From positions 2,464,001-2,528,000 of the forward strand of contig CAWCKY010000006.1 in assembly GCA_963796275.1 (NCBI GenBank): DNA of 64,000 nt. Direction: 5' to 3'. The notes beneath the pieces were generated by a model. The model had not been told where the DNA came from, did not search any database, and worked only from the letters and a program-made list of their open reading frames with translations. The position numbers and the translations under genes are program-made. Numbering within the stretch: position 1 is the stretch's first letter; each line of letters starts with the position of its first letter. This DNA comes from an uncultured Acidobacteriota bacterium (GTDB lineage: Bacteria; Acidobacteriota; Blastocatellia; RBC074). Shown in pieces: positions 53,355 through 64,000 of this stretch.

Positions 53355-53874
53355 CGAAACGGATTATAGCATGAAGGGAATTTTGGATTGAGGGCCATAC
53401 AGGCAGGCGAGTTACCCTTCTTGTGCATGCGGGCGCGGCAGACTGTCGCAGTAGTTCTTTCGCAATTATCCACGAGCAGAAAATTAAGAGATAACAGGAC
53501 AAACGGAAACTACTTCAGGCTGGAGCTGTTGACATGGATGTTTATAGTCCCGCCTGACACAAGTCGTAAGTGAATTGCTTAAGAAGCGCTCCATGGTTTC
53601 GTTCAGATTAGGAATTTCGTCTTTGCCTGCACCCGCAATGAACAGAAGTATCCTATGGTAGATCGCTGACCGATCTCCCCGTGCACGGATATGCAAATCG
53701 CATTGCCTGGCCGAATCTTACGGTTGATCGGATTGTTGGGCCGGTGTCGCTTTAATTGCGAGCTATACTCCAGCGCGGCGCGCAACTAAGGTTTATCGAT
53801 ACAGGCGCCAGTTAGGCATCTAGTCTATGAGCGTCGTCGCTGATCTAGCACCAGGTGAAACTTCAGCCAGTCAG

Positions 53875-54609
53875 TCACTGGTTCCTCCATCCAGGCTCGT
53901 CTCGATCGAGGATCCGCTTCAAAGCCTCAAAATGAAGCAGGTATTGCTTCTCTTCGGCGATCTGCCGGCCGGTCAGCGCTGCGATCGAATCGTCAACGAG
54001 CTTCAGCGGTTTGCCAGTACTTTGAGCCAGGACTTGCACCATGCAAGTACGTTCGAGGTAATAGAGATCATTGAATGCTCTGGCCACTGAATCGCCGCAT
54101 ACGATCACACCGTGATTGGAGAGAAATAGGACATCCGCATTTTGCGTCTGCGCCGTGATACGGTCGCCTTCTTCCGGATCGAGCACCAGACCGTTGTAGC
54201 ATTCGTCGTAAGCCACGCGGCCATAAAACCGCAGCGCATTCTGATTCGCCCATTCCAGCCTGCCACCGTCAATGATAGTAAGCGCTGTCGTATAAGGCAT
54301 ATGCGTGTGCAGCACGCAAGCAGCGTTCGGTTTCCCCAGATGAAGCCGCCCGTGAATAAAAAACGCTGTCGCTTCGACCTCATGCCTGCCTTCGATGATA
54401 TTTCCATCGGAGTCGGTCATGACCAGATCAGCAGGTGTAATCTCAGACCAGTGCAATCCTTGCGGATTTATCAGAAAGCGATCGGCGGTGCCCGGAACTG
54501 CAAGACTGAAATGATTGCAGATACCTTCATTAAACCCTAATCGCTCTGCCCATCGAAGAGCTGCCGTGAGGTCGATTCGCGCTTGAACTATTCTATCGTC
54601 ATAGTGCAT
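53875..54609 (-). CDS. Class II aldolase/adducin family protein
   Basis: EGICNHFS, FLINPQGLHWSEI, AFFIHGRLH, CVLHTHMPY, LSNHGV. Start at MHYDD after GGAGG. Confidence 0.9.
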   Translation of the reverse strand: MHYDDRIVQARIDLTAALRWAERLGFNEGICNHFSLAVPGTADRFLINPQGLHWSEITPADLVMTDSDGNIIEGRHEVEATAFFIHGRLHLGKPNAACVLHTHMPYTTALTIIDGGRLEWANQNALRFYGRVAYDECYNGLVLDPEEGDRITAQTQNADVLFLSNHGVIVCGDSVARAFNDLYYLERTCMVQVLAQSTGKPLKLVDDSIAALTGRQIAEEKQYLLHFEALKRILDRDEPGWRNQ

Positions 54610-54654
54610 AGAGATTGCCTCCAAATGGTAATGGTATCGTCGAGAGCAGCCGTA

Positions 54655-54928
54655 TGATCCCACCGTGGACGATCTGAAGGCGCCGGTCGGTACGAGAGTC
54701 CCGAGATCGGGACGGTCTTCCAGATCGAGTCCAAGTGAGACGGCATGCAAGTGCACCTCGAACACGCCGTCCAGAAGCCTGGAACTCAAGCCGGTCGACC
54801 GAGACATCGTCCAAAAATTCAGGATGACGGTGCGCTTCCCACGCGACAAGTACGGAAAAGTCGTGTCTCTCGGCTACCGCAGCTCGCTGGTACGCAACGT
54901 CAAATTCTCGAGGCTGATCTACCGCTAA
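54655..54928 (+). pseudogene. Degenerate C-terminal gene fragment (serine-hydrolase accessory domain-like)
   Basis: Across frames: VGRYESPEIGTVFQI..LELKPVDRD..MTVRF.RDKYGKVV..VRNVKF. Contains a stop and frameshifts. Confidence 0.35.
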
Positions 54929-54974
54929 TGATGCGTACAATTATAAATTAGCCAGAGGCGTACCTCGTTTACGC

Positions 54975-56690
54975 TCATAGTGTGGCTTTGTCCCGTTTTA
55001 GCGACTCGTCGCGACGCGCTTTGAACTCCGTGCCCGGTTTCCACTCCGGCCAATTTTCTCCCTGCGCCACCTGGTACCCGACCTGGAAGAGCAGCCGTAA
55101 ATCATCAATGGCGCCAGACATATCCCAATCCGGTTTCACATCGTCAGAAACCTTGTGATAGTCGCGATCGGTGTACTCCTTGCGCTTCTGCAGGCCGTAC
55201 CCTTCAGGCTTGCCGATGAATTCAGTCCCTTCGTCGGTATAGAGCGCAGGCACACCCTGCTTGGCGAATTCAAAATGATCGGAGCGATAGAAGAATCCCT
55301 TCTCCGGCTCGGCGTCGGGTTTGACCACACGCCCTTGGGCAGACGCCGCCTCGACAAGCGTATCGTCGAGCGTCGAATTGCCGTAACCGACAATCACCAC
55401 GTCTCTGGTGCGCCCCCATAGGTTGAGTCCGTCCATATTGATGTTGGCCAGTGTGCGTTCGCGTGGGTAAAGCGGATTCTCGGCATAGTACTTCGCGCCC
55501 AGCAGTCCCTTCTCCTCCGCGGTCACTGCCAGGAACAGGAGCGAACGTTTGGGCGCGGGATTCAAGGTCGCGAACGCTTCGGCGAGTTCAAGCAGGCCGG
55601 CCGTGCCTGACGCGTTGTCGTGCGCGCCGTTGAAAATCTGATCGCCCTGCAATTTCGAGTCGCGACCCATATGGTCCCAGTGCGCGGTGTAAATCACGTA
55701 CTCATCTTTGAGCTTCTCATTCGAGCCTTCCAGTTTGGCGATCACGTTGGTCGAAGCCACTTCGCGCAGCGCGGTCTTGATCGTAAAGTTGGCTTTGGCG
55801 TTTAGGGGCATGGGCTTGAAATCTTTGCTGAGCGCGGCTTTCTTCAAACCGTCGAAATCCTGCCCGGCGGTGGTGAAGAGCTGTTTGGCCTTGTCAACAG
55901 TGATCCACGATTCAACTGCGACCTTACTCATATTTCTATCGGGTGTCTGAATACCGAAGTTCTCTTGCCGCCAACTGGCCAAAGCCGCGAATGGATAGCC
56001 TGCGGGACCGGTTTCGTGAACGATGATCGCAGCCGCCGCTCCTTTCTCCGAAGCGATCTCGTATTTGTACGTCCAGCGGCCGTAATAGGTCATCGCTCTG
56101 CCCTTGAACATCTTCTCGTCGAGCTTGTTCGCATCTACGGGATCGGGGATCGCCGGGTCGTTGATGAGCATGACGATCGTCTTGCCTTTGACGTCCACGC
56201 CTTTAAAATCGTCCCAGCCGTATTCGGGAGCTACGACTCCGTAACCAACGAAGATCACGTCCGAATTCTCGACTTTGGTCTCCGGCGTGAACCGGGGCGA
56301 GCGCGCCAGATAATCCTCACTGGCGAGAGGCATCTGCTTGCCGCCGATGGTGAATGACGCCGATGGCTGGGGGGTATAACCAACGAGCGGAACTTTCTGC
56401 GTATAACTGCCATCGGGATTCCCGGGCTTGAGGCCCAGACGTTTGAATTGTTCGGTCAGATAGTTAACAGTCAATTCCTCACCTTTGGTGCCCGGCGCGC
56501 GCCCTTCGAACTCATCCGAAGCGAGCGTTTTGATGTGCCCAAGCAGCTTGTCACTATTGACGCGGTCGAGCGCGGGCTTGATGTCGGCGGACGCCTCAGG
56601 CGCGACGTTGTTTTTTGTTTCGGGAGCGCAGGCCAATGCGAATGATACGAAGGCGAAAAATACGCCCCGGAAAAAAATGTGCTTTTTCAT
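54975..56690 (-). CDS. M28 family metallopeptidase with PA domain, lipoprotein
   Basis: Lipobox ALAC; LASDEFEGR; TAHWDH; NGAHDNASG; TAEEKGLLG; YRSDH; YHKVSD. Confidence 0.93.
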   Translation of the reverse strand: MKKHIFFRGVFFAFVSFALACAPETKNNVAPEASADIKPALDRVNSDKLLGHIKTLASDEFEGRAPGTKGEELTVNYLTEQFKRLGLKPGNPDGSYTQKVPLVGYTPQPSASFTIGGKQMPLASEDYLARSPRFTPETKVENSDVIFVGYGVVAPEYGWDDFKGVDVKGKTIVMLINDPAIPDPVDANKLDEKMFKGRAMTYYGRWTYKYEIASEKGAAAAIIVHETGPAGYPFAALASWRQENFGIQTPDRNMSKVAVESWITVDKAKQLFTTAGQDFDGLKKAALSKDFKPMPLNAKANFTIKTALREVASTNVIAKLEGSNEKLKDEYVIYTAHWDHMGRDSKLQGDQIFNGAHDNASGTAGLLELAEAFATLNPAPKRSLLFLAVTAEEKGLLGAKYYAENPLYPRERTLANINMDGLNLWGRTRDVVIVGYGNSTLDDTLVEAASAQGRVVKPDAEPEKGFFYRSDHFEFAKQGVPALYTDEGTEFIGKPEGYGLQKRKEYTDRDYHKVSDDVKPDWDMSGAIDDLRLLFQVGYQVAQGENWPEWKPGTEFKARRDESLKRDKATL

Positions 56691-57324
56691 TTTCGGTCCC
56701 TTCGGTTCTTTGTCTCAAGTTTGTGGTCGAACATTGCGTAATAGAAAATCCGCCTGAAATAGAGAGGCGGAAGTATGGTGCATTATTGATGATTTGTAGC
56801 GTCCGGCGCCAGACTTTTCAGCCGACGAAAATATTTCTAATTGCTTTGGTAACAAGGAAGCGGCCGCGTTGATCAACTGCAGCTACGCCACGTTCCGGCG
56901 GGCGGCGGTCAATGGAAAACTCAAAGCGGATTCTGTCGGTAATCGACAGCAAAATACTTGGATCAAAAATATTGCGTGGATTGAAACTGGATCAGGTGAA
57001 CTCACATTGATGAGTATATTTTTCAGCTGCTCAGAGCAGTCATTGGATCGACTTTCGTTGCCCGGCGTGCGGGCAGATAACAAGCAAGTAATGCAATGAA
57101 AAGCAGGAAGAGCGCCGTTCCCGCAAAGGTTACCGGATCGGTTGCGCTCACGCTGTAAAGCCAACCGGCGAGCATCCACGTCAGAGCGACCGTCAGTCCC
57201 AGACCAATGAAGATTCCAACCAGGTCACTCCCACTTGGTGCGCCCAGGGGCGAATTGGCTGAGACATCTTCAGGGTCCGGACAAAGTCGCCGCGTTGAGC
57301 GTCACCACACGCGATCAGTCACTT

Positions 57325-57981
57325 TCAGGTCGCGCCGAGCTTACTTGGGGTTGTCGCCTTAACTGCCCGATACTTCTTTACGTCAGCACCCGGTTCCGAG
57401 AATTTCAAGTCAAGGCCGCCGTCTTTGCGCTGCTCGATTTCAAGCACTGCGGCCTTGACTCCATCAAAGTAGTGAAGCAGGAAGGTCAATCCGTCAAAGC
57501 GCCCAGCTATCGGTCCCAACTCGCCGCTCGGGCGCGAAACGGTGGCAAAGGTGTCGTCGCCTTTCCGTCGGATTGTCAGGCGCCAGGCGGTGTCCGGCAC
57601 TTCCCAGGTTCCCGAGATATCCGGTCCTGCCTCGCCTACGAAGCCGCAAGTACAGAACTTTGACGCGGTGAACGGATGCATGTCCTGTCCACTCCCAATA
57701 GTGCCCTTAAGTTGCCCATCCGCCAGTGTAGCCTCAAGCCGTGTGCCGGATCCGAAAGTGAGGCGCACTGACCCAGCCTCAAAACTACCCTCCTTGGAAG
57801 CTACGCGGGAGTCGCCATTCACGAAAGAGCCCTTGAGCGTTTTGCCGTTGGGCTCGAAATGGATAATGAATGGAACATTCAGAGTGCCGAAGGTGATCGT
57901 TCCGTCCCATCGGTCGTCCGGTGCTTGCGCCCATCCGCAAGCCACGGCCAGAGTAACCATCGTGAATATTTTCAGGATCAT
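57325..57981 (-). CDS. Secreted hypothetical beta-rich protein with a CxC motif
   Basis: Signal peptide MILKIFTMVTLAVACGWAQA; WDGTI and ISGTWEV repeats; FCTC. GGAG RBS. Confidence 0.7.
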   Translation of the reverse strand: MILKIFTMVTLAVACGWAQAPDDRWDGTITFGTLNVPFIIHFEPNGKTLKGSFVNGDSRVASKEGSFEAGSVRLTFGSGTRLEATLADGQLKGTIGSGQDMHPFTASKFCTCGFVGEAGPDISGTWEVPDTAWRLTIRRKGDDTFATVSRPSGELGPIAGRFDGLTFLLHYFDGVKAAVLEIEQRKDGGLDLKFSEPGADVKKYRAVKATTPSKLGAT

Positions 57982-58003
57982 TTGTTTATCTCCAGAGTTG
58001 AAA

Positions 58004-58526
58004 TATTGAGCTTCAGGCAATCAGTTTTACAAACATTGCCTGCTTCGTTTCCGCCGCGTCTCGACGCTATGGATGGAGCCCGGCGTTTCAAGGCCTTGTT
58101 ATGCCCAAACTTTCGCACGAAATGTACACCTTCTTCGTCGCGCCGCGACGGCGTGAATGTAGCCGTGCGTTTTAACGGAAAGCCAGTAAAAGGCTCCGCG
58201 TCGCGTCAGCGACGGTTGAGTCAAGCGTCGCTGACGCGACGCCGGGACAATCTCACGTGTCTACCGTGGGTTGAAACCCGATTGAAACCCACGGCTACAA
58301 TCAGCCGCCGCTAACGCGGCGAGGAAATGTGGCTTCCGTGAAAAGATATGGGTAACGACAGGTAATAACTCACGGAAAGACAGCCATTGGTTGAAACCCA
58401 CAGCTTACATTCACGCCGTCGCTACGCGACGATGGATGCCGGTGCCGGCGTTGAAACGCCGGATTAGACTTATCCCTGCAGCTACGGCAATTCGGCATCG
58501 GCATTAGACGACCAAACTTAATGTAA
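58004..58526 (-). repeat. REP-rich dispersed repeat, copy 3 (long form, inverted)
   Basis: Reverse complement of copy 2 with scattered substitutions and short indels. Confidence 0.9.
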
Positions 58527-58566
58527 ATAGATGAACCGACCAGCCTTATCGGCCGCGTCAAATTTG

Positions 58567-59750
58567 CTAATCATTGATTTGAAGCTCTTTCAGAGCACTT
58601 CGAGGTTTAAGCAGATGCTGAACCTCGAGCATAGTCTTGTGCACGTACGCGTCTTCCGCTGCTCTCCTGGATAGGGCGGTAGAAAATTTTAGAGCGTTGG
58701 CCAGGTCCTCAGGACGGTCGCCCATGGCTCGGGGGTCGGCATAGTCCTGCACGTGAGTAGTGAGCCAGGGCCCTTCTATTACAGCTTGTGCACGCAATCA
58801 ACACAAATTCGCGTCCCGGATGGTCTGCGGCCCCCATTAGGGCCGTCTCAGCTAGCACGCCTTGCAGTATGGTTGCCTGTTGAGCAGCCACGCTCATCCC
58901 TTGACCGTATACCGGATTGAACCGGCACATGGTATCAGCGAACGGGATAACATTACCCGGCAGAGCATAATTCCTGCCAAATCTCCTCCAGCGGCTCGCC
59001 TTGAATATGTATAACGCTGTATCACCGCGGAGCCTGGCTGCTCTTACGGCGTTGTACATGTCCGGTACGGGCAAATTCCGTAGATGTTCAACGAACTCCG
59101 AGGCCTTATTAGATGGCTTCTCATCGTAACGGCCGGTCAAAACCACCATCCAATTATTCCCCTCGATAGGAAACAGAAACGCAGCTCGGCGGTTCTCTTC
59201 AGGATGCGACAGAATAACGAGTGCCTTCCAGTCCTCTGGGGCGCTTTCCGGCATCTCGAAGATCGTTGTGGCATAGCACGCGCCATCAGGGGCTTGACAC
59301 CTGATGCTGCTGATGGTTTCGATGCTCGGGTCAAGCACGAACTCCAGTGCCTTCCAGCCCTGCAAAAAACGTATGTTTGGATATTGCTCAGTTCGTTTTC
59401 TGATAAGCAATTCAATCAGGGGGCGAGACATGCTGTAAATAGTCAAACCGAGATCACGGCGCGGAAAAGGATGATATCCGGGCCGGTACATCAAATACTC
59501 CTGAGTCAATCCAATCGGCACAGCACCGGCGGTAATCAGATCCTGATCGAATCCAGGAAATAAGGAGTTCAATGCGTTCATGCCGCCGGCCAACAACGCC
59601 TGAAGGTGCCTTGATTGCGGAGTACCCGGTCGTGGAACCGCGTTCTGCGGTAACGTATCGTTTTCAATTACTTCCACTTGATCGAAGTGATCGCTCAACG
59701 CTCGTGCCGCTGTCAGACCGCCCACACCCGCTCCGATGACGACAGCGAAC
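58567..59750 (-). pseudogene. FAD-dependent monooxygenase-like pseudogene
   Basis: AVVIGAGVGGL, RPGTPQSRH, DTMCRFNPVYGQGMSVAA. The expected central DA(S/T)GR segment is missing, there is a frameshift near 58790 and the native start is lost. Confidence 0.75.
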
Positions 59751-60179
59751 CCTGTGCAGATGCGAGGCAATAGAACGAGAGCAAGCAGGCGATGAGGATA
59801 AAGCCGCGCCGTAAATTAGTCATGATAATTCTCCTATACAATCAATGGGAATGACGAAAAGCGGCACCAGGTCGTCCTTAGACCGCAAATTTCAACTTCG
59901 AGAGAACTCGGACACCCCACCGCGCGGTCAAGGCCATTGTGAGGCAGCGTGTTGACGCACTCCGCAGGCACAATTGGACACACTACAACCATCACGAATC
60001 GTTTTTTCATGGATTTCCTTCTCGATTATTTGTTTTTCAAGTTCTGATTTTTGGGCTTCGTTTCTTTAACCCCGTACGCCTCCCACGGTTGCCGGCTCGC
60101 TACATTTCTTGTGTCGCGTCACGGCTTGGCGATGCTTATATCTGATCACTATCGGCCAGGTTGTGGCCGATCTATCGAA

Positions 60180-61274
60180 TCAGTCTCCCGCCCCCGCGCC
60201 AAGACTGGCGCCGTTCTCGTGACGCGCTTCGAGCTGGTCGAGCTTGTTCATCATCTGCACGCTGTGAACCAGCGCGATTCCGGCCGCCATCGCGCTGGCG
60301 ACGTGGACTGCTTCGCTCATCTGCGCTTCGCTCACGTGCATCTTGTGCAGTGTCGCGGTGTAGGAGTCTATGCAATAGGGGCATTTCAGCGCGTGCGACA
60401 CCGCCAGCGCAATCAGAGCTTTCTCGCGCCTGGTCAGCTCGCCGTCCGCCATGACCTGCCCGTAATAGGCGAAGAAGCCTTCCGCCATTTTCGGATTGGC
60501 GCGGCTGATTTCGCTGAAGCGGCCCAGGTCTTGCCGTTGATAATAGTTGCCGTAGCTGCCGCTCGCCGCATGGCCGTTGGCGCTGGCTGTCGCGGTCTCT
60601 GATGAGGTTTCGGCCCCGCAGCAGGAGATCGAGGCGGGATCGATCTTTTCGGGATTGGCCGGGCGCAGATCGCACCCCATCTTGTCGGGATTGACCTTCA
60701 GTGCGCCGTAAGCGAACTCAAGCGGAATGCCCGTATTTTCGCCTTCATCCGGGGGGTACAGCCAATGCTTCTCAGCCACCTCTACGTGGCAGCAGTAAAC
60801 GGGACGATCCGGGCCGCCCTGAGAGGCGTGCGCCCAATTGAGCGTCTGTGCCGCGGCTGGCAATGCGTCGAAGGTTTGGCGGACTGCCGCGGTTTCATCG
60901 CGCAGGTCGATTCCGATGTGATCCAGGAAAGGGCGCGGGCGGCGATTGGCTTCGGTCTCCAACAGTTCGTCCTGCGAGACTTTGATGTGGGAGAAGATGG
61001 CGTTGATGGCTCCGGGAAAACGATATTTGACGAAACCGTCTTTTTGATGATCGAGCCGCGCCCCCAAGTCGAAGAACTGATTGATCGGCAGCATGTGCGT
61101 ATCATCTACCTTGATGTGAAGATGCAAAGTCTCAGCCAACTCGACCGCGCCGTCGAGCGGCGAGTCAGGCGCGCCCAGACGGTTGACGACTTCAATTTCT
61201 CGGTTGTTGAGCAGGCCGCATTCTTGTAAGGCTTTGAGACTGGCGATCGCTTCGTCGTTGTTTCGAAATTTCAT
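60180..61274 (-). CDS. Fusion of a VOC/ArsI-like N-domain and an AhpD/CMD peroxidase of the arsenosugar-associated type
   Basis: C-term YY..QDLGRF..I...PKMAEGFFAYYGQV..GELTRREKALIALAVSHALKCPYCIDSYT. N-term HLHIKV, DHIGIDL, VYCCHVEVAEKHWLYPP, LEFAYG. GAGAGG RBS. Confidence 0.8.
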   Translation of the reverse strand: MKFRNNDEAIASLKALQECGLLNNREIEVVNRLGAPDSPLDGAVELAETLHLHIKVDDTHMLPINQFFDLGARLDHQKDGFVKYRFPGAINAIFSHIKVSQDELLETEANRRPRPFLDHIGIDLRDETAAVRQTFDALPAAAQTLNWAHASQGGPDRPVYCCHVEVAEKHWLYPPDEGENTGIPLEFAYGALKVNPDKMGCDLRPANPEKIDPASISCCGAETSSETATASANGHAASGSYGNYYQRQDLGRFSEISRANPKMAEGFFAYYGQVMADGELTRREKALIALAVSHALKCPYCIDSYTATLHKMHVSEAQMSEAVHVASAMAAGIALVHSVQMMNKLDQLEARHENGASLGAGAGD

Positions 61275-61344
61275 TTCAATCCTCTCCTTTCAATTGGGGC
61301 TTCATATCAATATCAGAGGTTCGTCACAGTTACCTGTCGCTGCG

Positions 61345-61378
61345 AATTACAGTCAATTGGATATATTTCACTGTAAAT
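61345..61378. promoter_or_regulatory. Inverted repeat upstream of the VOC-AhpD gene (candidate operator)
   Basis: AATTACAGTCAA-N10-TTCACTGTAAAT, with a perfect core TTACAGT / ACTGTAA. Confidence 0.45.
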
Positions 61379-61716
61379 CGTCAGGAATTTTTGAATATTC
61401 AAACGATAATAAAGAGGACCAAAACGAGTCGGGGTGATGTTCGGCCCTGTGAGATAATATCTTCGGCGCTCTTTGATGGTTATTGGATTGCTGCGCGGTG
61501 CATCGTAATTCTGGGGCACGTCAAAAGCGCATATTGTCTCTCGCGTATACGCCTCTCACTCGAACGCGGTTTCGCAAGAAACAACTAACATCTCAATTAC
61601 TATACAGATCGTATTTCGATATGTGGATTCTTACTGACATTCCAATCGAGCCACACATTGCAGCATCCGATCGGCTTGTATTTCCGCGTGTCTGTGGTAC
61701 TGCGAGGAACTCTTTT

Positions 61717-62033
61717 CTGTAGTTTTTGCGTTGACCTGTCCGGCTCGCGTCCGCGCATAATGCTTTGTTTTTCGATAAGGGTTTTCTCTACGAGATCACA
61801 TGTGCATAATAGCGCAATTGTCTAAACCCGTAAACATTTGCGGAATCATTGTAGTCGCTTCAATCGTCTGCCTGATCGTTCGATGAGTTCGCAGCGGGCG
61901 CGGATGCAGACAAACAGAACCGATCCGCCTGGAACCGATTACCATCCACGTGTACAAAAATGCGGCTGCCAATTAGAGTTCATCGAGGTTTCGGAATCCG
62001 TGCTTCGCGGGGCTGGCGTAACTACGCCGGAAT
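61717..62033 (+). pseudogene. Degenerate copy of the promoter and 5' end of the TonB receptor at 47590-47944
   Basis: Shared blocks ATGTGCATAAT, CGGAATCAT, TCGCTTCAATCG, GGAACCGAT.ACC.TCCACGT.TACAAA, TTTCGGAATCCGTGCT.CG.GGGGC.GGCGT. Confidence 0.85.
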
Positions 62034-62074
62034 CATTGTGTTGAAGGTTGAATAAACTAAAAGGAGAATAGAGC

Positions 62075-62566
62075 ATGACGAAAAGACGTTTGGTAGTTTT
62101 ATTCAGTTTTTTGTTAATCATCGGCCTTGGCGTGGCCTCGGCTCAAAACGCTCAGACTGCTCAAAACCCGGCCTCACAAGCGAAGGATGCGGCCCCAGAC
62201 GTAACCGGAGAATGGACAGGCGTTTGGTTCGCCTACAATCCGTCGCAGCCCGTGAGTTCGCCGAAGGAATTGTGTAAGGCACTCTCAGCAAAGGTCTCGT
62301 CGAAGGAAGGCGTCTGGGAAGCGACGTTCGAAGGCGAATGCGGCAGGCCCTACAAGTACACGATCAAGATGGAAGGCCGTCAGGTAGGCAAGGCCGTGTT
62401 GTTCAAGGGAACGACCGACCTCGGCCCCAAGGACGGAGGAGTCTACGATTGGATCGGGCGGGCCAATGAGAAGGAGTTCGTCGGGTTCTATACGAGCGGC
62501 TACTACACCGGATCATTCGCTCTCAAACGGGCGATTAAGAAAGAGAATTCCGCCATTTCCCAATAA
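62075..62566 (+). CDS. Secreted hypothetical protein (two Cys, beta-rich)
   Basis: AAAGGAG RBS, signal peptide ending ASA-Q, GEWTGVW, GGVYDWIG. Confidence 0.8.
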   Translation: MTKRRLVVLFSFLLIIGLGVASAQNAQTAQNPASQAKDAAPDVTGEWTGVWFAYNPSQPVSSPKELCKALSAKVSSKEGVWEATFEGECGRPYKYTIKMEGRQVGKAVLFKGTTDLGPKDGGVYDWIGRANEKEFVGFYTSGYYTGSFALKRAIKKENSAISQ

Positions 62567-62655
62567 CCGGTAATGCCCGATTGACTATCACTGCGGGTGT
62601 AGCCTCGCTACAGGCCGCGCCACGTATTATCCCCGGCGACAGAAAGGCTCGATAG

Positions 62656-64000
62656 ATGTACGTTATACCATTGAGATCGCTTCTTCTTCTTTTACTCCTC
62701 ACTCTCCCTGTTTTGGCGCAGAACTATCGCGGCACGATTCGCGGGAGAATCGCAGATTCGCGGAGCGCCGTCATTCAGGGGGCCTCGATAAAAGCGACGC
62801 ATCTGGAGACTAACGAGTCGCGCTCAGCCGTCACCAGCCAGAGTGGAGAGTTCGCGCTGACCTTGCTCCGGCCTGGATATTACAGGCTCGACGTTGAGAG
62901 CAATGGGTTCGATAATTATTCGGCCGAAGTGATAGTCTCAGTAGGTCAGGATATCCGCCACGACGTTATACTCGGAGTGGCTGCCACGACTCAGGATCCG
63001 ATCCAGATCACCGATTACGGCCTCCTCAGGCAATCGTCGCCGGCGCTCGGCGCGGTAGTTGAAAACAGACAGGTCACGGGATTACCGCTCGACGGGCGTA
63101 ATTTTCTCGAACTCTCCTTGCTCGTCCCGGGCGCGGCGCCACCAGCGCAAGGTTCAGCCGCTACAGTGCGCGGCGATTTCGCCTTCAATCTCAACGGCGC
63201 GCGCGAGGATTCCAACAATTTCCTGCTCGATGGCGTCTATAACATCAATCCGACGCTCAACTCTGCCGGCGTCGTACCGCCTGTTGATGCGATCCGTGAG
63301 TTCGAGGTCGCCACCAGCAATTATGACGCTTCATTCGGGCGCAGCGCGGGCGGGCAGATCAGTGTCGCGATGAAATCCGGTTCTAACAACATTCACGGCA
63401 CGGTCTATGAATTTCTGCGCAACAAATCGTTCGACGCGCGCAACTTCTTCGCACCTCCCAACGAGGCCGCGCCACAATATCAACGCAATCAATTCGGCTT
63501 CAGCCTGGGCGGGCGCATTATCAGGGATCGCAGCTTTTTCTTCGCCGACTATGAAGGCACGCGTCTCCGCGAAGGCGTCACGCGCGTGACCAACGTGCCC
63601 ACGCTGGAGGAGCGCAACGGCAACTTTTCGCAGAGCCTGCTGACGAAACCGGTTATTCCTCAGGGCCAACCAGGGGCGGGATTTCCGTTTCCAGGTGGCC
63701 AGCTGCCGTTTATCAATCCGATCGGGCAGGGGATCGCCGCTCTCTATCCGCTGCCCAATCGCGACACGCCGTTCGCGAACTTCGTCTCTTCGCCTACGCG
63801 CCGTGACCGTAATGATCTGTTCGACATACGTGTGGACAATCAGATCAGCCGGGCATCACAAATCTCCGCGCGCTACAGCTTCAACGACCGCGATCTCTAC
63901 GACCCATTCACGGGGCCGAGCTTTGCGCAGGTTCCCGGTTTCGGCGTCCGCGTGCCGCGCCGCGGCCAGAATGCGATGATCGGCGAAACGCACGTCTTCT
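62656..64000 (+). CDS. TonB-dependent receptor, Oar-like (3'-partial; absent from the ORF track because it has no stop in the window)
   Basis: [30 protein letters not shown]...[11 protein letters not shown]...[24 protein letters not shown]. Confidence 0.9.
   Translation, partial: MYVIPLRSLLLLLLLTLPVLAQNYRGTIRGRIADSRSAVIQGASIKATHLETNESRSAVTSQSGEFALTLLRPGYYRLDVESNGFDNYSAEVIVSVGQDIRHDVILGVAATTQDPIQITDYGLLRQSSPALGAVVENRQVTGLPLDGRNFLELSLLVPGAAPPAQGSAATVRGDFAFNLNGAREDSNNFLLDGVYNINPTLNSAGVVPPVDAIREFEVATSNYDASFGRSAGGQISVAMKSGSNNIHGTVYEFLRNKSFDARNFFAPPNEAAPQYQRNQFGFSLGGRIIRDRSFFFADYEGTRLREGVTRVTNVPTLEERNGNFSQSLLTKPVIPQGQPGAGFPFPGGQLPFINPIGQGIAALYPLPNRDTPFANFVSSPTRRDRNDLFDIRVDNQISRASQISARYSFNDRDLYDPFTGPSFAQVPGFGVRVPRRGQNAMIGETHVF

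Noticed and set aside
54610-54849. N-terminal extension of the class II aldolase ORF
   Set aside because: It is antisense to a gene remnant. Family similarity and the RBS begin at 54609.
56974-56987. GCGTGGATTGAAAC, resembling the 3' end of a type I-C CRISPR repeat
   Set aside because: It occurs once, has no repeat hairpin or spacer periodicity, and no cas genes are present.
53875-57981. Aldolase, M28 peptidase and CxC protein as members of the arsenic system
   Set aside because: They are separated by remnants and long spacers, with no shared motif or operon coupling. Proximity alone is not enough.

Overview
This window looks like an accessory, rearrangement-rich stretch of an Acidobacteria (probably Blastocatellia-like) genome. 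The lineage is inferred from four ADOP permease paralogs with three PadR partners, three Oar-type TonB-dependent receptors and a CHAT/TPR protein. No rRNA, tRNA, CRISPR array or intact transposase was seen. Several genes are split by single-base indels (15.6-27.7 kb and 45.4-46.6 kb), which may be long-read errors, and many gene remnants fill the intergenic gaps. Main leads: (1) a candidate organoarsenical uptake/processing system of TonB receptor, PhyH dioxygenase, MFS, an ArsI-type C-As lyase fused to an ArsM-like C-terminal module and a Cys-Cys ArsR, plus a nearby ArsI-like/AhpD fusion tied to it by a duplicated promoter; (2) a Moco riboswitch upstream of a TonB-dependent receptor and a small molybdopterin-domain protein, next to a molbindin; (3) an IscB-less omegaRNA/HEARO element interrupted by a palindromic MITE; (4) a vanadium haloperoxidase whose SGH motif reads GGN; (5) three PadR promoters, each with its own paired operator; (6) a three-copy REP-rich mobile repeat. 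All family assignments come from motif recognition by eye, not database searches.
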